Shown in pieces: positions 26,331 through 38,700 of a stretch of 64,000 nt of DNA. The notes below the pieces were generated by a model that had not been told where the DNA came from, did no database searches, and saw only the letters and a list, made by a program, of their open reading frames with translations. Both the position numbers and the translations under genes were made by a program. Source of the DNA: Podarcis gaigeae (lineage: Eukaryota); the NCBI GenBank assembly GCA_964106915.2, contig OZ066925.1. One strand, 5' to 3'. Position 1 is the first letter of the stretch, and each line of letters begins with the position of its first letter.

Positions 26331-28134
26331 TACTTGCCAGATGGAGAAAAGTGTGTACAGAAACCTCTGGATTAAACATGGGTCGAATGTAGTTTACGTA
26401 CAAAGGGAAGAATTGCACCTGTTGCTCCAGCCACTTCTTGCCACTAACCATACCAACTACAGGTATGTGGCCCCTGGAAGCTTGCCTATGTTGGAATGTG
26501 GCCCTTGAGCTGAGAAAGATTCCCCCCTCCTTGATATATTTGTTAGTCATAAGATGTACAAGACTCTTGCCAGATTTGCTGCACCAGAGCAACCCCCCTG
26601 GAGATAATTCCTATAGATATTTATTTCACTCCTGAGAGTTTCTTTTCCTCGCACGTCTGCCTTATTCTTTTCAGATGCAGATGCCAGGAACTACTTTGTT
26701 ATTATAATAGCCCACATGTGCTGTATTTACAATATATCCCCATACAAATGGGATCCACTGATTTGCAGGATTAGATGGTGACCCTGCTTCATATCCCCTT
26801 CTAAACCAAGCGAGTGAAAATCATTACCGACTATTCGTGAGATGTCCAAAGGGAATTGAGTCTTAGCAGCCTCATCCGAGTCCCTAATGTACTCTAATCC
26901 CTAAACAGGAAGGTTGAGTTGCATTGATATGACGCAACGCTCTGGATAAGTAGGGAGATCACAGAGGCAGAGGACTTGCAGAGCAAATCCTACATCTCTT
27001 GTGGAATATATTTAATCAAATGAAGGAGAAAAGCAGCGGCAATAATTCACTTTTCCTGCAATGTTTCTGCAAACTGCCGTGATTGAAATAGAAGGGAATG
27101 TTGGCTTCTCCCCCTCCTTCTTTTCTGATCTGACTCTCACAGGGCCATTTCACACTTTGCACAGGGCAAACCCGGGTCTGCCACAGTCAGCCAATCCTAG
27201 TTTCATAACAACTGTGTTTATATATGTGGCTGCATACACATCATACATTTAATGCATATTTAAAGCACAAACCACCACCCCTATCCTGGAAACTGCAGTT
27301 TGTAATTGTACTCTGTGGGAGTTAAACTACAGTTCCCAGGATTATTTGCATGGTTATGTGCTTTGAATGTGCTGTACAGTGTGTACACAGTCTATGTTTG
27401 TCTATAGACCCTTGCAGATTGTCTATTAAGCATTCATTCTGATTTGCTTACAAAAGCTTATGGAGAGGTAAGATTATGTCTGATCTTTTCTTCTTCTTGA
27501 TCATTCATTCTGATTTGTTTGCATGGTGTTATTTGACTATGAGGCTGCATTTATCCTGATTTGCCTGTGGAGAGTGTTCACACATTTTCCTGTTAGTCAT
27601 TTGCTCACCCTATAACTTTTCAATGCATTTCCCCATCACTTTCCAAACTGCAAGAAGTCCAGCTTTTTAAAATGTAGATTTGTTGTGCTAGGACAACAGA
27701 GCACCTTAATCCACTTCAAATGCACAGACTGAAAACTCTGGTGTGCACTATTGCAAATATTAATATTGCACATCTTGAAGCAACTGGATGCATAAAAACT
27801 GACCGCTTTTTGACCGAAGCATTGTCCAGACCCATTAGATATTATTCAAAACTTTACTTGCAGAACTTTCTTCAAAATAGAACACAACATCAAAGATGCA
27901 TCCAAATAATTCCATACAATTTCTTGTGCTGTCCAGCAAAGGCTCAGCATTTTAAAAATAAAATTAAATTCCAAATTGACCTATAAACAAAGGTGTCTCT
28001 CCTTACAGCCTCCATTTTGCCTGAAGTTGCATGCTCTTGGAGTGAGTTCAGTTATCACATCTTACTCTCACAGAGGCTGAGAATAAAGACTAAAGGCAAC
28101 TAGAGATTTGCAACCAAATACCCTTGTTCCCTGA

Positions 28135-28565
28135 TGTAATGTGATATGGGGCTGCTTGTGCTTGAGTGCTGAGACTCTCACAGTTTTGTAGTTAGTTTTA
28201 AAACTCTCCCTCTCCGCAGAGCCATCCGTGCATGGCTGCCTTAATCGCTGGCAGAATCTGTCAGTGGGCGTTTCCTGAATTTCTTTCAACATAGAAGTTC
28301 TTTGACAGATAGTCTCCTCCTTGATTCCCTACGTGACAGCTTTCTGCGCAGGGTGGGCGTCCCAAGGGGAGGTCCTGAGCTCTCCCCACTGGTCTCGCTG
28401 GAAGCGTCTCTGAGTCTCACCTCCAACTCTGTCTCCTCCGCTTCCCCTCCTGCTTCCGCGGAAGCTCTCCCTCTCCCCCTACTGGTTCCCTCCTCAGCAT
28501 CAGAGGGTCTCCCAGCATCTGAGAGCCTCTCCACCACCTTAAGCTCCGATGGCAGTTCCCTGACA
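28135..28565 (-). mobile_element. Solo LTR (Gypsy-like)
   Basis: Minus-strand termini TGTCAG...ATTACA; perfect 5-bp TSD cctga at 28130-28134 and 28566-28570. Confidence 0.85.
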
Positions 28566-31450
28566 CCTGATCTAAGGTTAAACACTCACATGTTATCTAC
28601 CAGAGAACAACAACAGTTAGTTATCAACCCATTAAGGAACTCAGAGACCACTTCTTGCTTTTCTTTAGTTTCAAGGGTATTTTCCAATGTCAAACCTTTC
28701 AGCAATACACATAGCTATTCCCCTTTCAGTGTCAGTTAAATAATTACACTCTACATGTGCTCAGATCCCTCCTGCAAAATATTGACAGTCGGATGGCACT
28801 ATGTATTTGTCAGGATCTTTCCCCACCAACAGCTCTTTTCCAGGACTTTTGATAAACTATGATAATGTTGTTTTGCTGTCTGTGTTCTACAAAAGCTTCC
28901 TTCTGCTGTTCTTGGAGTGGAGGGGAGACTTTTGTGCATTTTTCTAAATTCCATATATGTTTATGTGAAAGTGTCCATGTTATAATCTAATATTTACTTA
29001 TTCTTATTCTTTTGAAATATGCTGCAAGTCATAGTTTTATAAACATATAAAGTCATAGTTTTATAAACATATAAATAAATTTCAATTTTTGCCTTTTAAG
29101 ATGGGCATTACATGCCACATTTTTCATTATTTTATATTGCACCTTAAAATATTGCTGTAAGCTGCCCTGAGCACTGTGCATGTCGTGGGAGGGGAGGACA
29201 TAAATAGTCTGAAACAGGCATTAAATAGTCTGTGAAGAGGCTCAAAAGCTTAAATTGAAAGAGAGAAAACTGCAAACTGATCTAAATTTTCCCAAGTAAG
29301 GCTAGCAAAATATCTCAGCAGGGAAGGGGGAGTTGTTCACATATCGCAATCTGGGACCCACTGAAAACTTGGAGGTTCTTTCCATAGTCACGGCTAGGCT
29401 CTTAGCATCCCCTTCCTCCTTCCTACCACCACTGGGTTTATATTTGAGAGTCCGTTGCTGGTGAAGAAATTATCCATATTGTGTGAACAGCTGGCGTACC
29501 CTTCTGGAACTAGAGATGCTGTTAGCACCTAAAGGGGAAATTGGAAGCAAATTTAGATGCACCTGCTTAAGGAAAAATACCCCAGGATTTGCAGGGTTTG
29601 GGGCATTCCACTAAAATTAATGGAAATTTTCAGGAAGTTCTGCATATCTCTTTGACTATACAGGAAGGCTCCAGCATTAATGCCCCCCCCCCTGCATTCT
29701 TTCCCTAGAATTGTTCTCTTTTGAGGCAGGAACAGGATGCTGTTCCATGGCATATATTGACACTTCAGCTGCTCCACTGCATGTTTTTTTTTTTTTTTTG
29801 CTCTGTATCAGATCCAAGATTATCTGCCTCCATCTGCTATCTATCTATTTTGGCAACATGACCCATGCATCACCCTGCTTTTCTTTTACTTCCTAGACCA
29901 GCTTTCTTCCATTCAGCGTCTGATGCTTCTCTCTCTTTCTAAAAGAAAAAAAATACACCATAAATTCCCCACAAGCCATGGAAGAAGCATGCTAGAAAGG
30001 ATGATGTGGAAAAGGGGAGGACCAGACTCTCCCATATAAGCAACAGAGTGGAATGTGGAATAAGTTACCTAAGGTGGACTTTGCAGAAATCTGGGGAATA
30101 CATGGGGTGGTGAAGGACCTTTAGGGCAGACCATGCGCATCTGCAACAAGAAAAATGTTTTAAAAAATTAAAAGAGGCAAATTTGCTCTGGATCTTAGTT
30201 AGCAGGCCCTAGCATTGCTGAACTTTATTATATTTGTTTCATTAAATTTGTAGCCCACCCATCTTCACAAAAGTCTCTAGGACAGCAGACATAATGGTAA
30301 TTTTTTAAAAATACAGTTAAAACTAAAATACAGTAAAAACAATTATAGCATTTCTAAAACTGTTTAAAACATCTTTAAAACAATAAAACACAGCAGAAAA
30401 TCTAAATCAAATTTAAGAACAAATGTAACCCAAACACTTGTTTATTTGGTCTGGCAAAATTCAGCAGGAATCATTGCAAACTGGGCCACTGAACGTCTTC
30501 CTAGACATGTGCTCTCTTAAGTCCTGCTTATTTCAAAGGAATTAATATGCAACAAGCTGTCTCTGGCTTATCGTTTTTCTGCTTAAATATCTGCTCTTTT
30601 TGCTTGTGTCTTCTTTTGATGACGGAGGTGAATAAGTGATTAGGCATCAACAGTAATCAGAAACAAATTGTCAAGTGTGTTTCTCGGAGCAGGTTGTGTG
30701 TGTGTGTGCGCGCGCGCGCGCACGCACGCATGTGATCAATTAACCCCCCCTGCACATTCATGCAAATAGCATTGCAATGCTGCTTTGTGGGTACCTGCGC
30801 ATCACTTGGGTGAAAACATCTTGCTTGCCTCTCTTGCCTCTCTTGCTTTTCATTTCACCTCCCACCAGCATCTGCATTCTCTGAAAAGTTTGAAAGCGCA
30901 ATTGTAGCCTCTCTCTGTCTCTCTCTCTCTCTCTTTGTGCAGATAAGGGGGAAGGATGTGCTAGAGAGAGGGAGGGAGAGAAGGTAAACAGTGCTGTGAC
31001 TTGCTCAGTCGGAAACCCCCCCCCCCTCACAATACCAGGATAAATAAGTTATTTGTCATTACCTGGGAAGAAACATCTTTTGCACAGGGCCTTCCTCCTG
31101 CTTCTATTCATACTGAGCATCTTTTGCCAGAATGTGGAATATAACCTGTCACTGCTTTTTCTTTGTAGTATGAAGAGTATGTTAATAAAAGGGAGCAATT
31201 CTCCAGACACAGCTGCTGTATATCCACCACTTGCTTGTGCTGGTAGCCTGTTTCATGGAAGGGCACTGGCATCCCCAGCAGATCAGCCTAGGCTTTCAAT
31301 GACACTTACTGAACTGGGGACAGACATTTCATGGCTGGAGGATCACAGCCTATGACCTCCATGCACCCTGCCCAAGCTTGTGCCCCAGGAATGTCACTTA
31401 GGTGCTGCTAATGCAGATGGATGCCAACAGTTTCTCCCCTGGTCCTTATT

Positions 31451-33275
31451 TTAAAAGGGGTTAATCTCCTCTCTGTTTCCCTGCTCCAATCTCTCTTGGT
31501 TGTTCGTTGTCTCTGTAGCTGCTTCTTGAACACTTATGGCTTTATCAAGGCCCTGTGGATGCGCAAGAGAGTCTCTCAAGGATGATCTTCAGTCAATTAT
31601 TATACATTGTGACTGATTAGGGAAAGATAAGAAAGAGTTTAGATATCTCGTATCCTCCACAGCAGGAGAATTTCTCATTTTGCCTTTCCACCAATGAGCT
31701 CAAGGCAGTAGAAGTGTTCAGTAGAAGTTTCTACTCTTTCCCTTTTGGAGAAATTTAAGTAGGGTGTGGTCTTGATTGGTGGTGATCTTCATCATACCTT
31801 CCAACATTTCTACGATGAAAATAGGGACATCCCATTCCATAATGATAATTTTACTATTTCTACCCCCAACACCTTAACATGTTACCCCAGCCACTCTGGG
31901 CAAATTCCAACATATACAAAAACATAATAAAACATTAAACACTTAAAAAAACTTCCTTATACAGTGGTACCTCAGGTTAAGAACTTAATTCGTTTTGGCG
32001 GTCTGTTCTTAACCTGAAACTGTTCTTAACCTGAAGCACCACTTTAGCTAATGGGGCCTCCTGCTGCCGCCGTGCCACCGGAGCACAATTTCTGTTCTCA
32101 TCCTGAAGCAAAGTTCTTAACCTGAGGTACTATTTCTGGGTTGGTGGAGTCTGTAACCTGAAGTGTCTGTAACTTGAAGCGTCTGTAACCTGAGGTACCA
32201 CTGTACAGGACTGCCTTCAAATGGCTTGGGGGTCGGATAACTACATACCCTCCAACATTTCTCCAATGAAAATAGGGACATCCTAAGGAAAAGCGGGATA
32301 TTCCAGAACTGAATCAGAAACTGGGACAGCTTCTCTAAATCAGGGACATCCCTGGAAAATAGGGACGCTTTATATATCATGAGGGTTTGGACAGGAAGGG
32401 CCAGGAAGTCCTGATTTCTCCATCTAGGGAGTGCAAATTTGGAAATCTTTTAGTCTCTCATGGCTTGATGGCAGGTGAGACAGCCTGATGGTCCTGGTTT
32501 CACTTACTGTTCCTCTCACTATGGGTCCCTTTCCAGAAAGGATTATGTCCTATTCTTTCCAGGAGGGCTTGAAGGAGGCCTGGGTAGACTTCACTAACCC
32601 CGAAATAGTACCTTGGGTTAAGAACTTTGCTTCAGGATGAGAACAGAAATTGTGCTCCGGTGGCACGGCGGCAGCAGGAGGCCCCATTAGCTAAAGTGGT
32701 GCTTCAGGTTAAGAACAGTTTCAGGTTAAGAACAGACCGCCAGAACGAATTAAGTTCTTAACCTGAGGTACCACTGTATAAGGAAGTTTTTTAAGAGTTT
32801 AATGTTTTATTATGTTTTTGTATAGTTGGAATTTGCCCAGAGTGGCTGGGGTAACATGGTAAGGTGTTGGGGGTAGAAATAGTAAAATTATCATTATGGA
32901 ATGGGATGTCCCTATTTTCATCGTAGAAATGTTGGAAGGTATGATGAAGATCACCACCAATCAAGATCACACCCTACTTAAATTTCTCCAAAAGGGAAAG
33001 AGTACACACTAGAAACTTCTACTGAACACTGCTGCCTTGAGTTCATTGGTGGAAATTCTCCTGCTGTGGAGGATATGAGATATCTAAACTCTTTCTTACC
33101 TTTCCCTAATCAGTCACAATGTATAATAATTGACTGAAGATCATCCTTGAGAGACTCTCTTGCGCATCCACAGGGCCTTGATAAAGCCATAAGTGTTCAA
33201 GAAGCAGCTACAGAGACAACGAACAACCAAGAGAGATTGGAGCAGGGAAACAGAGAGGAGATTAACCCCTTTTAA
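31451..33275. repeat. Large inverted duplication: arms 31451-32152 and 32586-33275, spacer ~433 bp
   Basis: The right arm is the reverse complement of the left over ~700 bp, covering unique DNA and nested repeats. Confidence 0.95.
31793..32370. mobile_element. Composite hAT-like element containing an L2 tail fragment and a Tigger-like MITE (31962-32203)
   Basis: The left-end motif catacc(t/c)tccaacatttct...aaatagggacatcc occurs at 31793 and 32244; an L2 tail lies between them; the inner MITE has TA TSDs; right TIR missing. Confidence 0.72.
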
Positions 33276-35112
33276 GATCTTGGACCAAGCACTGGTAATA
33301 ATTAACCTTTTGATTCTGGGCACTGTGGCCAGTGAACCATAACACTAATGCGTCCATGCACACACAAACATCTCCATCTCTAGGGAAATAACCTGGCCTC
33401 TTTAAATTAATTACATAAATGTACAAGGCTGTAGAATATTTTCAGGTTTGAAGTTGTCAGGAGTTGATACACCTCAGCTGGATGTAGACTGGCAAGGATT
33501 AACAGCCATTATCTTTCCGGACAAATGAAAGTTCCCACAATTCTTTGGGATGATACTGCTTTTAAGGCATAGTGCAGATGAGGCCTATGGTTCTGTGTGT
33601 GTGTGTGTGTGGTGAGGTTTTTCATGTTCCCTCACATAAAAAGCTCCCTCTGTGTAAAAAACAAACAAACCCCTAGGACCTCTGGGAGAGGATTACATTA
33701 ACTTCCTCCATCCTTTTCCCACACATATGTGCTATGTTTGCTAAAATGTTGATTTAATCATAATTATTATACATAATCATACATAATTAATCAGGATTAT
33801 TGTACATAATTATACGTAAATCGTAACTACAACACATTAATTCCTACCACGATGTGTTAGAAAACTTGCACTTATTAGAAATATAAATCTGAGGTAAGGA
33901 ACAATTTCCAGGGCATAAAATGTTAAGACTTCTCTTAAATATTAAAACATGGTACCATTAAAAACGCAGATGCTTTTTAGACAGCATTAATATTTACCTA
34001 TAATACACTAAACGTAAAATGCTGTCGTTTGCATATCATACTAAGGACACCAGCAACTTAATTCTAATTCCATCTGTGAATGCTTGTAAAACCAACTACA
34101 AATGCGACTTCCAAACATATATTTTGTATTTCTTTAATTTAAAGACTACATTTCACATTATAATAAAGGGAATGGATTGCCACTTCCTACAGTTTTCTTA
34201 GCATTCCAAAAAACACTTAAAGGCATTCCAGAACCATTTGGCTCGACTTATTCTGTCTGGTTTCCTTTTTTGTTACCCAAGGAGACTGTGCAATTTTGCT
34301 CAACGTTACTAACATCAAGGGGGTCAAGGAGGGGCAACAGGAGGTGGGGGAAGGCAGATCTACTGACATACCCCAAGCCCTGCTGGTTTGTGCCAACCAA
34401 GGCAGAAGACATGGCTGTGGGAGATCTATGAAATTATCCCACTAGAAGGTTTCAGGATCTGTAAGAATCCTGGGATCTGCTCCCTCTGACACAACCCCCC
34501 CCCCCGCCCTGGATAACTTCCACATCTGACTGCTGAACTGGCAGAGCAGGTAATATCATTTGCTTTTGGCAGGTATATGGCAGATAACTATTTTAGCAGG
34601 CAACAATTTCCATTGCCACTAATGAAACCATACACATATTACGTATTAATTTTTAAGTATCAGTTGGGTGATTGGTTGCTTTGTTACCAAGGAATATTGC
34701 GGCTATTACTTCCAAATAAACATGCGTAGAGTCAAGCTTTCAACTAACTAGCAACTTCACATAGTTTTGCAAGACCAACTCTGCATGTGGCTGCTGTAAA
34801 GGGGTATTATTAAGTCCCTGGAGCATTTTAAAAATTAACAACTTCTTGCCTATTTAAGATAGAATTTTTAAGATAGCATTATAAAGCTTAAAACACAACA
34901 AGGTTTAGTTTTAGTAGCATAATGGCAAAGACTAACTCAAAGTATTATTATTATTATTATTTCAATTTATATACTGTCTGAAACCCCTTTGCATCTGCAT
35001 CATCATTATTTTTTGCTACGCTGCCATATCATAAAATATCAGGACAGTGTATAGTGTTAAAAACAGAACACAATAAAAACATTATAAAATAAAAAATTAT
35101 AAAATAAAAATA

Positions 35113-35330
35113 CAGTGGTACCTTGGGTTATGAACTTAATTTGTTCCGGAGGTCCGTTCTTAACCTGAAACTGTTCTTAACCTGAGACACCACTCTAGCT
35201 AATGGGGCTTCCTGCTGCCACCGCCACGCGATTTCTGTTCTCATCCTGAGGTAAAGTTCTTAACGCGAGGTACTATTTCTGGGTTAGCAGAGTCTGTAAC
35301 CTGAAGCATCTGTAACCCGAGGTACCACTG
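35113..35330. mobile_element. Tigger/pogo-like MITE (CAGTGGTACCTC family)
   Basis: TIRs cagtggtaccttgggtta / taacccgaggtaccactg; TA TSD. Confidence 0.9.
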
Positions 35331-35520
35331 TACATAAAATGCTTAAGGTGACTGGGTAATCAAATTGAAAATTAACAGCTAAAAATGCCTATTGGGGTAA
35401 AAAGGTATTTAAGAGATGCCTGGAAGTCCACAGCAAAGATGCCTGCCAAATCTCTGCTGTCCCACAGAAGAGAAGAAGAAAGTCCACAGCAAGGAGGCCT
35501 GCCAAATCTCTTCTGTCCCA

Positions 35521-35763
35521 CAGAAGAGAAGAAGAAGAAGAAGAGTTTTGGATTTGATATCCCGCTTTATCACTACCTGAAGGAGTCTCAAAGCGGCTAA
35601 CATTCTCCTTTTCCCTTCCTCCCCCACAACAAACACTCTGTGAGGTGAGTGGAGCTGAGAGACTTCAAAGAAGTGTGACTGGCCCAAGGTCACCCAGCAG
35701 CTGCATGTGGAACAGCGGAGATGCAAACCCAATTCACCAGATTACGAGTCTACCACTCTTAAC
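35521..35763 (-). mobile_element. Squam3-like CORE SINE
   Basis: Reverse complement of the 26092 and 48119 elements; (CTT)n tail. Confidence 0.85.
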
Positions 35764-36017
35764 CAGAAGGGACCAGCGACACTAAATGCCCAACTTCTAA
35801 CTGAGGCCCTGCAATGTGGGGAACAACTGACAGCACTCCTCTGGATGATCTCAGTGATTATATGGGTTCAGGTGGTCCTTAAGATATGCTAGGACTAAGT
35901 TGTTCAAGGCTTTGTATATCAACACAAAGACATTGAACTTGGCCAGGTAGCATATGAAGATGTTTTAGCAGAGGTGTCCCATGCTGCCGGCTGTTTGCTT
36001 CTGACAGCAGTCTAGCT

Positions 36018-36778
36018 CAGAGCTTTCCAAACTTTTCACGTTAGTAACACACTTTATGTCATGGCCTGGGAATCTGATTCAGAGGCTGAACTGGAGGAAT
36101 CCCAGCCTGCACAGGAGTCCCCGCCTCCAGGGCCGGCTGAACTGGGGCAAGGCCTTGATTCTGAAGCGCCTGCACCTGTGCCGGATCCTCAGGAGCAGGC
36201 ACCAGGTGAATCCACTCTGGCTCCAGAGGTGGTTGAGGACTGAGTGCCTACAGGTGAGTCTCCCCCTGGGCCCAGTAACCCTTCAGCCTCTCCTGAACTG
36301 CAGAGGCTCAGGGCAGAGAGGCGAAGGGAACTGGTTTCTCCCAGGAGGAGTGCTGGCCTTAAGGCCAGAAGAGGCTGGTCTCCTGGGGGCTGGGACCGCC
36401 CCTGGCCTCAGAGAAGATAAAGGCCAGTCAGCCCGGTCCCAGGTTTCAGGAGCAACGTCGTTGATGAGCTGTTTTGGCCAGCATCCAGTCCTGTTTCCCC
36501 CAGAGTTCCTGTCCTTGCCTGGCTTCTCGCTGTGGACCCCGCTTCGCCCGTGGAGGACTGTCTGTCGATCCTCAACTCAGGTCCTGGACCTCGCCCCACG
36601 GTAACCTCCCCCCTGGACCAGCACACTTTTTTAGAACATGCATCATTTCACAACACAGCAATTCAGTTTTGCTAGCAAACTGGAGGTTAAACTGACCCCT
36701 TTCAGCCGCAGGAGGAGCGCCGGGAGCATTTGCAGCCAACACACTAACGTGTTGCGACACACAGTTTGGAAAGCTCTG
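36018..36778. mobile_element. hAT (Charlie-like) MITE, split by a solo LTR and itself inside an old L2
   Basis: TIRs cagagctttccaaact / agtttggaaagctctg; TSD gtctagct/gtctagcc. Confidence 0.85.
36057..36625 (+). mobile_element. Solo LTR (Gypsy-like)
   Basis: TGTCAT...AGCACA termini; 5-bp TSD cttta/ctttt; interrupts the MITE cleanly; GATAAAAG TATA-like motif at ~36416. Confidence 0.8.
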
Positions 36779-38658
36779 GTCTAGCCACTGAATTCTGCAC
36801 CAGCTGGAGTTTCCAGACCAGGCAGAAGGGCATCTCCACATAAATGGGACTGACTTATGTGAAGTGCTGTAAATGCTCTGAACATATTTTATAGATGTCA
36901 GGTGTTTTTGCCCCCAGTTATTCTACAAAGCATTTGCAAATGAAGCTGCAAATCAAAAGGGCAGCTGTCTATATCACGCAGCACCTAAAATCAAGATACT
37001 GTAGGTTTCAGCCTTTGCAGAATAGGGCCCAGTCGCTGAAGGACTAATGAATTACAGAGGCACGGTTTTTGAAAGTTCAGCAATATGATATTCATAAATA
37101 CGGAAAGTGTTATTAATTTGTCTAAACCCCTCAAGGACTCCATGCAGAAAAGAATAGGCAGAGTAGGAATAAATTTAATTAATTAAGCAGTGGGACTACA
37201 GGAATTGGAGGCATAAACAATTCAAAACTACTATTGTAATTGTAATGGTTACAGTGACAATTTTTAGTGCATTGAACTCTTACACAGAATTGCAATTACA
37301 GTGTCATCAATCTTTTTAAAAATAATAAAATAAAATAAGTGAACCACCTTTTTAGCCGTATGTGACTACATTCCACTCCCCACACAGGCTGGAATTCTGA
37401 TGTCACTTTTCAAAATACAGAGATAGAGGGCAAAGATCCATGTAGGACAAAACTAAGAAACAAGGAGAGTCCTGGTGGAACAGGCCAAATGCTTACCTGG
37501 TCCATTAACCTGTTCTCACATTGGGAGCCTGCAAGAAGGAACTGAGAACAGCAACATTCTCACTGTTTGTTATACCTGGAAACTGGTCTTCAGCAGGAGA
37601 CCACAGGTCTCATGGCTAGTAGCTACTGAAAACCTTATTCTCCATTAACCTGTCAAATATCCTTTTAAAGTGATCCAAGTCGGTGGCCATTGATACATCC
37701 CATGGAGAAAATCCCATAGTCTGCACTGAGTGAAGTCCACGTTTGTTGGCTAAGAAATGTAACATTTCAGCAAATTACATGAGAACACAGAAAGGACTCT
37801 GTTGGATGAGGCCAAAGGTCTTTCTAGGAGTTTCCCTACTGTTATCTCCCTGCGAATTGTATCCTAGTTTCATATTGCATGTAGCCATTCAAGATTAGCA
37901 ACCATTATCTTCCATTAATGAAGAGGATGGTCCTCCATTCCTACATGTTGCCTTCACAGTGAGACTCAGGATCCCATCCTTCTGTCACTGGGTTAGAGAA
38001 AAGGAAAGATGCAGTTTCCATACTACATATAAAGCATATAACTTGTTGGGTCCCCTGCCAGGTTTTTTTTTTTATCAAAAAAATCTTTAGAGCTATCATC
38101 TAATTATGCCTAATGCAAAATTTTGAGGAAAATGCTGAGATTTTGCCTTGGGCAAAGTAGGTAATGAAGGGAAGAAAAAAAGGGGGGGGCAGAGAAGGCT
38201 AGCCCATACACCTCCAAGGGAATGTTCACATTTTCACCTTAGAAAGCAATAAGTCTGATTTTCCCATTGTGCTGAAAAATATTCCCTCCTCCTCCCCCAA
38301 AATCACCACAGGTTCCCCAATGCAGGGGGCATTTATTTCTTTATTTATTTATACTGCCTTTCATCTGAGGATAACAGAGTGGTGCTGTTTTTAACTCATC
38401 CGTAGCTGATGTGCGCTTGTACCATTGAACTCACCTGTGAATTGTTCAACAGTAACAGTGGTTACCTGGATATGACATTGCAGGGAAATACTAGTGGGCA
38501 TCAGGTACATATCTGAGCATGTGCAATCTGACTGCCCTTCTCGTGCCTGCGCTCTGGAGAGGCTTTTTGAATTTGGTCCTTTCACTCCCACAATGACATC
38601 ATCACTGTAGGACCCCCCACAGCAGAAGAGGTGGCTTTGGTAAAGGGGCTCACAAGGC

Positions 38659-38659
<1 letters not shown>

Positions 38660-38700
<41 letters not shown>

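Noticed and set aside
28302-28739. Ser/Leu-rich 145-aa plus-strand ORF
   Set aside because: Antisense shadow of the AG-rich solo LTR; it crosses the LTR boundary.
29026-29073. 24-bp tandem duplication (also a 22-bp repeat at 58701 and 58732)
   Set aside because: Ordinary slippage duplications with no further structure.
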